A stretch of DNA of 63,197 bases, the filler included, from Aduncisulcus paluster (lineage: Eukaryota), in assembly GCA_024181965.1 (NCBI GenBank). It is 5 parts of 5 records of this genome, joined end to end, with 100 filler letters (N's around TTAATTAATTAA, not from the genome) between each part and the next. Parts side by side here need not be neighbours in the genome. Positions count along the whole stretch, not along the records: positions 17,450 to 39,402 come from BQXS01012757.1; 4 more parts are not named here. One strand, 5' to 3'. Positions 23,921-36,471 of the stretch are shown in pieces. Both the position numbers and the translations under genes were made by a program. Under the pieces are notes generated by a model that worked only from the letters and a program-made list of their open reading frames with translations, made no database searches and had not been told where the DNA came from. The stretch's first letter is position 1, and each line of letters opens with the position of its first letter.

Positions 23921-26900
23921 ACATTCTTCTCATTCTTCACATTCTTCTCATGGATCTATAAATAGCCATCGTGCGTTTAGTCAGCTTGTTACCTCTATTC
24001 AAGCTGACCCCTTTTATTTTGACACTGATGATCCTCGATATATTCGAAATGTTTTGGGAAATGGAAGAGGAGGAGAAGGAAGAGGAGGAGAAGGAAGAGG
24101 AGGAGAAGGAAGAGAGAGAGGGGATTATGGTTATGGCGATGAAACTTCTGATCAATTACTGCAAATCACTCTACGGGATTATTCCTCTCCGATCACATCT
24201 GAGATATCGTTTGATATTCTTTCTCAGGTTTTATTATCGTCAAATTCATCCAGTTCAACATCTGAAGCTGCTCTAAAAATAGTACGACGATGTACATTGT
24301 ATATAATTAGCATCATTGAGAAAGTTAGTTGTTCAGATTATGGTAGTTTTATCTCTCTTTCGCATTATAAAGCATGTTGTTCGTGTGCCACGTTGGCTGT
24401 CGGTTTGGTATGTAATATAATTGTTATAGAAGAGAAGAAGAAGCGAGATAAAACAGTATCTGATCCCTCAGGGCATCATCATCATCCTCCTCCAGCCACT
24501 ACTGGTAAACGAAGAGTATTGCCTAAATCTTCTTCTTCTTCTTCCTCTTCTTCTTCTTCCTCTTCTTCCTCAGCTGCTGCGTTGAGTTCTTATATTGTTA
24601 AAGGAATTGGAGTCGATATTGCTTCAAAAGTCATCTCTCTGTGTGAATTAATAGGAAAGAAAATTATGGATGTTGTTAAAACTTCTGATATTGGGAATGG
24701 AATCGACATTCAGACCCAAGCCAGTTTGACCAAAACTCTATTTCCGATATCTTATCTTCAACAATCTGAGCCAGACAATCGTTTAACTGGACTGACAACA
24801 GACCACATTCAACAAGACAGATGTGCACTGACTGCAACTCAACCATATCCGTTTCCACCAGTTCCTCTGAGTGGTGTCTGTATGAAGCTTCCGACATCAG
24901 ATGAACCCAAAACTCCCCATTTAAAACATCTGGAGCGACAAACAGCACCAACAATCCCTGTGTTTGCTACTCATTCTCTTGGAAGTGCTCATACGCAACA
25001 ACACTTACCTGGGTGCTTAATGTCCTCTTTGTTAACTCCTGTGACTAAAAAAGTACTCGAATCTGTTGATTCTGCACATATTATCCCATCTTTGTCCACT
25101 GCGAGCGCTGCCATATCTCTTTTGTTGCTTATGCTCTCTATTTGTGGTGGCTCTCATCGTGATAATGCAAGAAACTGTTTGAAACGAACGTTTTGCGGAC
25201 ATATTCTTTCATTAACATATTCTTTCTCAACTATTCGGAGTGGAATTGTTGCTTCGATATTGCTTCACTCGTCAATTTTAGTCAAATATCTCATTAATTC
25301 AAAATTATCTTTAACTTCTAACGGTGGATCTGGGCCATTCCAGCACCAGCAAGCTGAGTTAGAGAAAAGAAGAGAGATAGGTGATGGATCAAGAGTTTCT
25401 CAACTTACATATGATAATCCATCTTCCTCTTCTTCCTCTTCTTCCTCTTCTTCCGCAATTATTGTATTTTCCCCGAAGCAAATACTTTCTCTCTTATTTG
25501 ATTCAAAGCGATGTACGTCGATATTTCCACCTCTCCTAGCTGTATCAAGAATGCACAGAGGTGTGTATGAAAAAAGAGCTTGTTTAAACGAATTGGTAAA
25601 GAATTTACATAAGGAACTCGTCAATGTTCGCTTTGGATGTGCTGACACTAATATAAACCCCTCTGTCTCTTCCCTCGTTTTCCCACCTATAGAACAAGAA
25701 GAAGAAGAAGAAGAGGAGGAGAATGACCATGACCCATCGAAGAAACGAGGTGTAAATATAACAAGGAAATTATCGCAATTAACATCCAAACATTCTTCCT
25801 CTTTCTCTTCCTCTTCTTCCTCTTCCTCTTCCTCTTCCGCTTCAAGTTCTGAAGTGGCAATATTACAGAGAACTATAACTCAACTTCATCAAAGACTCGC
25901 AAGAAGTGAGCAGAAAAGGACAGATCTAGCCGAAGAATTGAGAGAAAGTAAGAAAAGTCTTGCAGTTGAGGTAGCCAAAGTTCATAGTAGTACTCGAGCT
26001 AAAGATGTTGCAGAGGCCGCCAGGAGAGAGGCCGAAACAGATATACATAAGCTTGAAGAACGGCTTTCTAAATGTGAACAAGAACTCAAGGAAACCACAG
26101 AGGATTTATTTGATGTGAGAGAGAAGAAAGGTTCTCTTGAAGAAGAAGTAGATCGACTATCAAAACAAACCGTTCATCTTAGAAAAGCAACAAACGAAGC
26201 CACAGTCCGTATTGAAGAACTTGGAAGAGGAATTCAAATGATGGAACAGAAAGATAAAAACCAAACAACTCAAATATCACATTTGTCTGAAGAATTGAAG
26301 GAATTACGAGAAATTCGTTCTTATCTGGAAGAGAAACGAAGACAACTCAGCGGGAAGATATATCGATACCAAAGCACTGTGACAACTGTGTATCAAATGC
26401 TTGGAGACTTAGCTGAATCTTCCCTCACAACCTCCTCTTCCTCTTCTTCCTCTTCCTCTTCTTCCTCTTCCTCTTCGTCTTCTTCAAAATTGTCACGTCC
26501 AATGCACTCAAAGAGCGATTATTGTAACACCAGTCCAATAACGCACATGAAACATACTCTTTCTCACGTTAGAGCTTCGATACATCCGCATCATGGGATA
26601 TCTGGAACTGGAACTGGAGCTATTGGTCATATGAGCAGCCATTCATCCCCTTCTCATGGAATTCATCAACAAGAACAACAAATACATCCTTCTGTGGGGG
26701 GGCAAACATCGATGAACCGGGCATCTTCGGTATTATTACCGGCCCCTGAAGTCAACCAGCTCCATGTTTCTCCTTCCCACAGCACATCAGGCATTGTTAG
26801 TGGTGCTATCCCTGTTCAAGGTCATGTTGTTCAAGGTCATCAAATGCCAACCGGACATCCACAACAAGTGCATTATAAACAACCATCAAGCCATGCTGCC

Positions 26901-27173
26901 AATAGTCATATGAAAGGACAGGATCCAGCTGTGTTCGCACACGCACATGTTGTTCAGCAGCAGCAAGGCATGATCCATGGTCAGTATGGTCATCAAATGC
27001 AAGGAATGCAGCCTTCAAGTGTGCCAGCATCGTCTCCTTCAAGGGGTGTGGTCACAGTGAGTGGTAGTGTTGTTCATTCGGGTGTTAGTGCAGCTCAATA
27101 TGGAGAGGATATTTATGGTGAAATGGAAAGGGCAGATGGATCTGATAAATCATTCAATCCTTACGGAGAATAA
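22137..27173 (+). CDS. Large hypothetical protein: helical (ARM-like) N-terminus, poly-Ser tracts, long coiled coil, His/Gln-rich tail
   Basis: Uninterrupted ~1680-codon ORF from ATG 22137, with a heptad-rich segment at ~25850-26410. Confidence 0.8.
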
Positions 27174-27368
27174 ATATTGTGAATCCTATCCAAATTTGGA
27201 CCAATGCGTGTTTGATGAAGTCGACGATTTCTGGATTTTTTGTCTTGGATTGTTGAATTTGTTTTCAAAATTTAAACAATAAGGTACTTTAATTTCTCAT
27301 TTTGACATTGAAAAGTCATAAATATGTAGGGAATAGAACTAAAAATAAGATTGTGAGAAAGAAAAAAC

Positions 27369-27441
27369 TGCTTCTGGTGAGGCTTGAACTCACGACCTTT
27401 AGCTTATGAGACTACCGCTCTGCCAACTGAGCTACAGAAGC
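27369..27441 (-). tRNA. tRNA-Met(CAT), elongator type
   Basis: GCTTCTG TA GCTC-AGTTGGCA-GAGC G GTAGT-CTCATAA-GCTAA AGGTC GTGAG-TTCAAGC-CTCAC CAGAAGC A. G1-C72 pair and TTC T-loop; a T6 Pol III terminator follows. Confidence 0.95.
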
Positions 27442-28733
27442 ACATTTTGTGAAATGCGTCTACTTTATTCAAGTTTATGGTTTCGTTTTTTTCAAAGATG
27501 AGAAATAATGTAATTATTTTTGTTCGATATACAAACTGTAATCAACCATTATTGAAATGGTTTATTCGAATTCAGGTCCGTTTATCAGACACCATAACAA
27601 ACCTTACAAAGAAGCAATAAAACCTCTCTAATTATTCCAGCATCAATGGATTCACGTCTAGTAAGTGAAAAGTGAAGGGAGCATGGACGATGACTGTATA
27701 ATTCATGATGTTCGGCAACATTCGATGTCCATTTATCAACCCCATTTCATATTCTCATTTTTCTTCTTCTCATCTTTCAATGAAATGAACAGTATCCTGA
27801 TAACCTTCGAATATGTTGGACTTCGTTCTGATACCAAGTTGATTTAGAGGACAGACATTCAGATTTTTCTAGTGGTCAAGGTATTTTCATTCAGCAACAG
27901 TTGATATGAATCAATCCCAGCTTATCTTCGAAATATGTTGTATTATTTGTATCATTTTTGTCGAGGTTCACTTTAGAATGAAAACAAAGGAGTTTTAATA
28001 ATTTCTTCTTCTAACAAGAAAATCCTTTTTCCTTTCGGATTCTTTCCTTTTATCAATCTTTTTACACGGTTGATTGATTTAGATTGTTTTTTAATAGGAG
28101 AATCTACGGATATATTGATTAGGATTTCGGGGTTTCGACGTTTCCAAAGTATTTTATAATTTTTCCCGTTTTTTCCTTAATTTTATATATTTTCCTCTTT
28201 TGTTCCTCCTCTTCAACAATTATTTTGAAGACAAAAATGATTATTCACTAATATCGGTCAATTTGATCGAATTAGGCATGTATTCATTCTCTAATGGTCC
28301 ATGAAACGATAATATTTCGATATAGAGACTTTTAATTTTTTTTCAATAATTTTTTCGCTTCCAAAACGATAAATTAAGATTGGGTTAACAACTGGGGAAA
28401 TCCTCCGGAAAATAAGGAGTAAAATGAATAAACAGCACGAAAGAATATAATTTTAAAATATCGAGGTATCATAAATAGTGTGTCAGCATGGCCTCCAACA
28501 TTTTTGAAAATTTCAAAATTTGGGAGCATTTACTGCAAAATGCAATTATTATTAATTTCTCAAATAATATATTATCATTGATTTGATATGAATAATGATG
28601 GTTTGATGTGACTTCAAATTGGCTCTTGCCAAGATCCAGTGGATCATCACAAATTTTGATCTTTCATCTCAAAAAATGTAAAAAAAATTGCGTTTGGAAT
28701 CTTTTTGCCGCAATCAATATCTTCACAATTAAA

Positions 28734-31700
28734 ATGAAGGATCTAATTCTTGCAATTGAAAAAACTTCATCTCAGTATTATGTAACATCTCTGTATAAAG
28801 AATCATATCCTCGTCTCAAGACTATCTTTGATGAGAATTCTTCACTTTCCGCTATCACTTCCAATCGAGACCTTTTTGCTCTTTGCTTTGAATGTTTGTC
28901 TTTGTTCTTAGAGCATAATATCAAAAAAGGAAAAGATTCTACCAAGATCATTCTCGAAATTTATTCCATTAAGAATCTTGTTGACTCGTTTTTACTTCCG
29001 ATGATCCGGATTGAAGATATTCTAAGGGTTAAAGAAGCAGAAGAAGAAGCCAAAGGCAGAGCCTGCGAAGATGATGTGAATACCTTCACAATTGCATTAT
29101 TCAGAATTCTAAATGTCACAATGCGCAATCTCAGAAAACTTCGAAACAAAATTTTTCCCCAAATATCCACTCTTCTCTCTGAAATGTTATCTCTTGGTCG
29201 ATCTATGAAATTTGAGGATTCTTTCGTTGAAGACATTCTCATGACATGCAGGACCATTGCATTCGCCAAGGACAACCTCACCAAGGACTCTCTTCTATCC
29301 ATTCTTCTCCCTCATATCTTACCTTGGATGAAGAAATATCCTGACAAGATGTTCTTTCTGCATTGGTCCAACATCTTGAAGAATCTCACTCTTGATGAGA
29401 ATANNNNNNNNNNNNNNNNNNNNCTCTCTGAAATGTTATCTCTTGGTCGATCTATGAAATTTGAGGATTCTTTCGTTGAAGACATTCTCATGACATGCAG
29501 GACCATTGCATTCGCCAAGGACAACCTCACCAAGGACTCTCTTCTATCCATTCTTCTCCCTCATATCTTACCTTGGATGAAGAAATATCCTGACAAGATG
29601 TTCTTTCTGCATTGGTCCAACATCTTGAAGAATCTCACTCTTGATGAGAATAACTCCAAGCCTCATGGAGATCGTTGTTCACAACTCTGGTTTGTGTTCC
29701 ATCCTGTCTTGGATGTGATAAAGGATTCTGCCTCCAAAGGCATTACATTTGACGATGAAGCTGTTATTCCATGTCTATGTTTCTTTGCAAACTTGAGTGA
29801 TAGTCCTTTCCGGGCATTTGAAGTGTACGATTCTATTAAAGATGGACTTATTGATAGTTGGTTTGAAATGTCAAAGAAGATGAAGAAAGAAGAACATGAT
29901 ACACGAGCCATAAGATATTGGTCCATTTTGATGGCCAAAATGTCTGACATAGACTCAATTGTTCCTCAAATATCTCCTAAATATGATTATAATATGAAAT
30001 GGTGCCGTGAAAATGGAGATGGAGTTGTCATATGCGATATTGCAAGGTATTTTGAAAATTGTCAGACTCCTTTGAAGAAATTGCAAAAATTGAACAAATT
30101 AATTTATCCCATTAAAAAATGCTCAACACCAAATGCAATCTCAAAACTCTTCCAAAAGCATAGAAAATCATTTAATGCTGTATTTATGGAATTGCAATCA
30201 AAAGAAGAGATTGAAACTCTCAAGCATGAAATTATTTGTTGTTTTCAATGTTTGGGCTTGTTTATTAGCCATAATTATGAGAATAAGAAGAATAAGAAAC
30301 ATCCAAAGAGAACATCGAAAGTCAATATGTGCTTCTCAGATCTAATTTATCTGGTTAACACTTTCATGGATCATCTATCAAGATTTGAAGAAGTGTTGGG
30401 TGAAGATGTTGATGAAGAGTATTGTAATATTTGTTTTTATTATGCTAAACGTTTCCAAGATTACAAATCTAAACATAAAATGATTGCTGAAGGGCTCAAA
30501 GTCCTTCCTAAGATAATTTCTGCTTTCCAACGCATCCTTGAAAGAGGAAGTAAGAAGAATTTAGAAGGTAATATTGCCCAAAATCTCATCAAATCTCTCA
30601 GATTTATCTCAAATGCTCCGTGTGTCTCCATTCGATCCTCTATTCTCACCCTCATCAAACCATATATAACAGATTGGTTTAAAAGATACAAAAATAATGT
30701 CTATTATGGAGATTGGATGTTTATTTTGTCTAAAATCACTGGTATAAAAGATTGTCAGACTGCTAAAGCTGAAAAAGAATCCCCCAACAAAACCATTTGT
30801 TCTGAAGCTTGGCCTCTTTTCCGCCCTGTTCTTGATGTTGTTAAAAGAGAGTTTGGTGGGGGACAAATTATTCGAAACAATCATGAGTGTGTCATATCTT
30901 TCTTCGCCAACTTATCTCAGTGTGATCCATCACATGCTCTTGAAGTATATGAAAACATTAAACATTTATTGGACAATTGGTTTGATAAGATAAAGAAGAG
31001 AGAACATAAATTGGGATCTAAACTCTGGTCCCATCTTATCTCTGTTTTTGCCACTACTATTCCACATATTGGATCTCAAATATCTCCTAAATATGATTGT
31101 AACATTGAATGGGCTAAGAACAATGACTGTTGGAGTGAAGATTATTCGAATTACATGTGTGTTTTCTATCCGTCTCTCAAGAAATGGTTTAAATTATTTG
31201 AATCTATTGTAAAATGTGCCAATCCAAAAGCCACTTCCGCACTATATCGTAAACATCGAAATGGTATTCTTTCTGTTTTTCTTGCATTCCAATTGCCCAA
31301 AAGAGAAGTTAAAGAAGAGCACAAGAGGGAAATTTTTCTTTGTATTGCTTGTTTAAATGTGTTTATTGGACATTATGCTCCAAAAAAGAACTCAAAACAA
31401 ATCCATCTCCCTGATTCTGATCTGGCCAATCTCATTGACACTTTTATTGATCGTCTATCAAAAATTGGTGAAGTTTTCGATGAATTAATTGGTTGTAGTT
31501 TTCGAATTGGTCAAAAAATTACAGAAAGAATACTCGAAGACAAAGTCTGTGACTCTTGCCTCCCCAAATACCTTTCTATCTTCAAACTAGTTTTGGAAAG
31601 AGGAAGCAAGAATCAATTAGGACGGACAATTTCTGTTGGTTGTCTAGAAACTATCAAAAAACTCTCAATTTCATATTCTTCTCCTTCCGCTAGATCCTCT

Positions 31701-33205
31701 ATTTTCACCCTCATTAAACCATATATCAAAGATTGGTTGGCCATGTATAAATATAGCAAGTCTTATGGAGAATGGATGGTTATTCTATCATATATAACCC
31801 TTTCTAATGATAACATATCCCCTAACAACTCCATATGTTCTGAAGCTTGGCCTCTCTTCCACCCTGTTCTTGATGTTGTTAAGAGAGAGTTTGTTGGCGA
31901 AAAGATTCTTGGGGATGATCATGAATGGGGTTTATTCTTTTTCTCTAATTTATGTTGTGATCATGATTTACATGCCCTTGAAGTCTATGATAATGTTAAG
32001 CATCTTCTTGTTCCTTGGTTTAATGTTCTACAGAAGTCAAAACATAAATATAGGGTGAAACAGAAAGGAATTGAAATCTGGTCCAGATTTATTTGCATTT
32101 TTTCGGCTATTACATCCATTATTCGTGAAATAACGCCTAAATTTGATGATAAGATGGAATGGTGTATGAAAAAATCCGATTATTTTTATCCTTACCATGA
32201 CCAATATATTTTAAACATTTCATCGTTCGTTCATTCAACTTGCCTTTCAAACCTTCTCCATGTTTTACCCATATTTTCACTAATTCCTTCAATTGAGACG
32301 TCATTATGTCCTGAGAAAGACAGATATTCATACGCTTCTCATATATGTTCAAGAATAGAAATCGAAGTGTCATCATCTCCTTTTGAAAGTGTTCTCGCAT
32401 ACAATGAAATCGTATCTGAAATGGAATTGAGATTTAAACACATTTTTAAGCGTGGAAAGTTCTGTTATGGTGCAGTAGATTTGGAAGATCACCCTCAAGT
32501 TGATAAAAAGAAAACAAAAGGCAAGAAAAAGGGTAAAAATCTTAAATATCAGACCAATTCTTCTCACGTTCACTCCTCACAGCAAATCACACACTCTCCT
32601 CTCATCAAATACACACCTCCTCAACATTTACTTGTTAAGATGCCATTTGATGAGGAAAGATCTTTGAGACAATCTGTGTATGATTTTGTTGAACGCACAG
32701 GTGGAGGCGTGGAAGCTTTATTTGAACAAGATCAAGGAACATGTTGTTCGTTTGAAGGGTATGATCAGGAAGGATGGAGAGAAGAAATGGAAGATGTCGA
32801 TGAAAAGGAAAAGGAAGAGGAAGAGGAAGAGGAAAAGGAAGAGGAAGAGGAAGAAGAATGGGAAGAAGGAGAAGATTACTATTTTGAGGAATACTCAGAA
32901 GGACTTCTTGTTCATTATAATAANNNNNNNNNNNNNNNNNNNNCGTGGAAGCTTTATTTGAACAAGATCAAGGAACATGTTGTTCGTTTGAAGGGTATGA
33001 TCAGGAAGGATGGAGAGAAGAAATGGAAGATGTCGATGAAAAGGAAAAGGAAGAGGAAGAGGAAGAGGAAAAGGAAGAGGAAGAGGAAGAAGAATGGGAA
33101 GAAGGAGAAGATTACTATTTTGAGGAATACTCAGAAGGACTTCTTGTTCATTATAATAATATCCAATTCCCAATTCAAGAAATTATGTATTATTTTTATT
33201 ATTGA
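28734..33205 (+). CDS. Lineage-expanded helical-repeat hypothetical protein (three ~370-aa internal repeats, acidic tail)
   Basis: The motif set WPLFHPVLDVVK, FFANL, ALEVY, ISPKYD-N-W recurs three times. Two 20-N gaps have duplicated flanks; the true end is probably ...HYNNIQFPIQEIMYYFYY* at 33205. Confidence 0.8.
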
Positions 33206-33329
33206 TAGTTTGTTTGATCTAGATTCTAGATATATAGATAGATAAATTCTTAGTTTTGAGTGGTAGCTGCTGAATTTACTGTTTAATCCATATATTCTAT
33301 CATAAAAAAGTGACTTCCAGTATGTGCAT

Positions 33330-35105
33330 TCATTTACACAAGAGAACATCACACATTCCTTGGAGTTCTGCAAATGTATCCCCAACTCTGACACAAATGC
33401 ATACTTCTTTATATAATTTCTGAAACGCATTCATTATGGCCGGTTCACTACTGGAAGATAGAGAATCCCCATACAAATCAATGAGAACTGATACAACCTT
33501 GATGGCCAATGAACGGTACGTCGGAATAAACAAACACTTTCTCAAAACAACTAAAATTAGAGTCAATGTATGAGGTGGCAGATCTTCGAGTGAAGCAAGG
33601 AAAGCGGCATCTCCAAAACTTAATATTTGTTGCACACACTCCATAAATAACTTTGGAGACGTTTGAGGACCTTGCTCAATTGTATCGTCTTGGGGAGTTT
33701 CTAAAGGAGAAACTCTTCCAGCTCTCTTCATCTTCTTCTTCCTCGCTTTGATTCCGAGTTTCCTACGTTCATCAAGGACAGCCTGGTCATCAGCAACAGG
33801 TTGTAAGGCTCTACCCAAGGCTTCTTTAAACTTAAATCCTCTCAAATTACTCATGATTCGGGCAGTACGACTCAAACAACGGTGAGAATCACCATACACA
33901 TTGCTAGAACCCATCACGAGCCCTACTTGACCTTTCTCGCCAAGTTCTTCAACACGTTCATGGTGATATTTGCGTCTATATACCCCTCCAGAAGAACGAT
34001 CGTATCCTTGTAATACTTTCCCTTCACTCCTCAGTATTCCTTTCATTTCTTTCTCTCTGCTCTCTGCAAGCTCTTCTGCGACTTCACGGACACTCAATGT
34101 TGACGGTTTTCCAGATAAAACAGTCACCATCCCTTCTCCATCCCCAACAGAAAGGGTGACTCTTTGCCGAGAGGAGGAGGACGAGGAGGAGGAGGAGGAG
34201 GAGGAGGAATAGCGTGGAGTTATTGGGGGACGGATACACATTGATACTAAAGCATCAGGGCCAGAATACATTGGAGAAGCAGACAAAGTGGAAGTATCTA
34301 TTGCCTTGATGGAACAATCAAGGGAACAAGTAAAGAGAAGCGATTGTTCTGGGGCAAAAGCGAGGGACATAATGGTTTTTGTATGAGGGGATGATGTTAT
34401 GAGAGGGGTGGAAAGAGAGAGAGAAGACGTTGAGGAGGAGGTTGAGGATGGCTGTTCTGATGCGGCACTTGAGGAGGTAGCACCAGCCATGGAAAACATA
34501 CTGATATGGTTTGAATGAGCCATACATATTGTTAAACCACTTCTGGTGACTTCTACATCCTCAACGGGATCCGGAACAACGAATTCACGGATAAATTGAT
34601 TACCTTTCGTTCGGATATCCCAAATACGGACAGTTTTATCATATGAACATGTAGAAAATAATGATGATCCAGGAATCTGTTTTACATGCCGAATTGAATC
34701 AGAATGTATGTTTTCAATCACTCGTGTTTGAGAACCGGAAATACAATCCCATATTCTCATTGTCCAATCATCTCCAACAGAAACTATATCATTTGTTTCG
34801 GTAAATACGACGGAACGAGGAGTAGCTTCATGTCCAGAGAAGTGAAGCATACTCAACATTTTTTCAGTTTCACAAGCATGTATAATATTATCTGAGCAAG
34901 CCACAGCCACTAATCTTCCATCTTTTCGATAGGATATATCATTAATTGGGTGAGCTATGGTAGAATATTGTGAAACGGTTGATTGTTGTATATCATAAAT
35001 TGTAAGTTTAGTAGCACTGCTTATCAAAACTTCATCCCCAGCAGGATTAAATGACATGGCGGAAGGATTTCCAACCACCTTGAAAGATTTTAATTCTTTC
35101 AACAT
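33330..35105 (-). CDS. UTP15: U3 snoRNA-associated protein 15 (WD40)
   Basis: YRKDGRLVAV, HSDSIR, CSYDKTVRIWDIR, HTKTIMSL WD40 repeats plus a C-terminal LRGFKFKEAL helical domain. Likely ATG at 35105. Confidence 0.8.
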   Translation of the reverse strand: MLKELKSFKVVGNPSAMSFNPAGDEVLISSATKLTIYDIQQSTVSQYSTIAHPINDISYRKDGRLVAVACSDNIIHACETEKMLSMLHFSGHEATPRSVVFTETNDIVSVGDDWTMRIWDCISGSQTRVIENIHSDSIRHVKQIPGSSLFSTCSYDKTVRIWDIRTKGNQFIREFVVPDPVEDVEVTRSGLTICMAHSNHISMFSMAGATSSSAASEQPSSTSSSTSSLSLSTPLITSSPHTKTIMSLAFAPEQSLLFTCSLDCSIKAIDTSTLSASPMYSGPDALVSMCIRPPITPRYSSSSSSSSSSSSSRQRVTLSVGDGEGMVTVLSGKPSTLSVREVAEELAESREKEMKGILRSEGKVLQGYDRSSGGVYRRKYHHERVEELGEKGQVGLVMGSSNVYGDSHRCLSRTARIMSNLRGFKFKEALGRALQPVADDQAVLDERRKLGIKARKKKMKRAGRVSPLETPQDDTIEQGPQTSPKLFMECVQQILSFGDAAFLASLEDLPPHTLTLILVVLRKCLFIPTYRSLAIKVVSVLIDLYGDSLSSSSEPAIMNAFQKLYKEVCICVRVGDTFAELQGMCDVLLCK

Positions 35106-35352
35106 GATGGGCCAAAACAGAGATTTGAACCTGTGACTGGAGAATAAAGAATAACCAAATACATTCTGCAATATATCAAAATAATTTGTTATATTTGGAC
35201 GATAATTTATAATATTAATGAGAAAGAAACACAGAAGGGAGATTATTGAGATTTTTACATTTATCCCGTAATTAATAGGAATCAAGATGAATATTTTAAA
35301 ACAATTAAATATTTAATTATTATTATTGTTGAATAAACATTTATTTTACTGT

Positions 35353-35919
35353 TTATAACTTGCCTTCAGCAATTAAAGTACGCTTCCTTCTAATACGTTC
35401 AAGCTTCCTTTCTCTGGTGGCTCTAGCGCGTTCACGACGGATAGCAATCTTCTCTTGCTCAAGTTGCATACGGACACGCTCAGCTTGTTCATGACGGATG
35501 TGATCAATGAGAACACGCTTGTTCTTGAATTCGTTACCCTTGCATTTCAAGTAAAGAGTGTGGTGAAGGGAGTTATCAACCTTTTGGGCATCACGGTAAC
35601 GGCTGAGAACACGACGGAGAACACGCTGACGACGAACCCACAAATACTTGGCAGGACAACGAGCCTCACGAGTACCTCTACGTTTACCAGCACCAGTATG
35701 ACGACCAAGACGCTTGGCAGCAAGACGTTCACGGTAACGGCCCTTGGATTGATCGTGATCCATCTTCTTGGCGATCAAACCACGACTGATAGCCTTACGG
35801 ATATCACGTCTGCTAGAAGCAGCACTAACCTCATGCAAAGCTTCAGGATCGATGTAGACTTTCTTGGCACCACACCCCATCACTGAGGCGGAAAGACGCT
35901 TCTGTAAGGTAAGATTCAT
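35353..35919 (-). CDS. RPL19: 60S ribosomal protein L19 (eL19)
   Basis: MNLTLQKRLSASVMGCG...GRHTGAGKRRGTREAR...LYLKCKGNEFKNKRVL. Confidence 0.98.
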   Translation of the reverse strand: MNLTLQKRLSASVMGCGAKKVYIDPEALHEVSAASSRRDIRKAISRGLIAKKMDHDQSKGRYRERLAAKRLGRHTGAGKRRGTREARCPAKYLWVRRQRVLRRVLSRYRDAQKVDNSLHHTLYLKCKGNEFKNKRVLIDHIRHEQAERVRMQLEQEKIAIRRERARATRERKLERIRRKRTLIAEGKL

Positions 35920-36471
35920 CTATTATTTTTAAAAAGAACAAAAAAATGGAATATAAAATAAAGTTAAAAAAATTATAATGGATATATACAACTAAATCGA
36001 TGGAGATAGAACATACACTCCTTTCTATTCCGCAGAAGAAGCTATTGCTTGCCTTGGATTCCTGACCCAAAAATAGAATCATATTCTCATCACATGATAG
36101 GGGTTAATATCCCAATCTATTTCTTCAAATATAATAAAAAATGATTATTATAATCTTTTAAAATTCATATTGTTTACTTAGGACCGAAATATCTGTTAAA
36201 TCATTAAGATTGATTAATACTTCAATTATTCATATTTTTGGGTGATTGAGCAAGAAGTTAATAATGATATAAGGATAAATATACCTTAAAAAACAAAATT
36301 TTCAGGCTAGATTTCGAGATACAAAGAAGTCGTCAATTTTTTTATCAAAATATAATTTTTATGAATATATTTGAAATATCATATGCAAATATATGTGATT
36401 TATTTTGCAAAAAACAAAAGTCGTCAGTATCTGAAAGACACAGCTTTGAAATTATTTTGGGTCACGAATCA

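Noticed and set aside
27600..28250. Coding-like purine-rich minus-strand sequence next to the tRNA
   Set aside because: Multiple stops and no assignable motif; possibly an old pseudogene but not supportable.
29170..29655. Apparent exact duplication in the large repeat protein (also 32707-33160, with an apparent frameshift)
   Set aside because: Both flank 20-N gaps. The Lys/Arg-rich C-terminus in the ORF track is an off-frame artefact.
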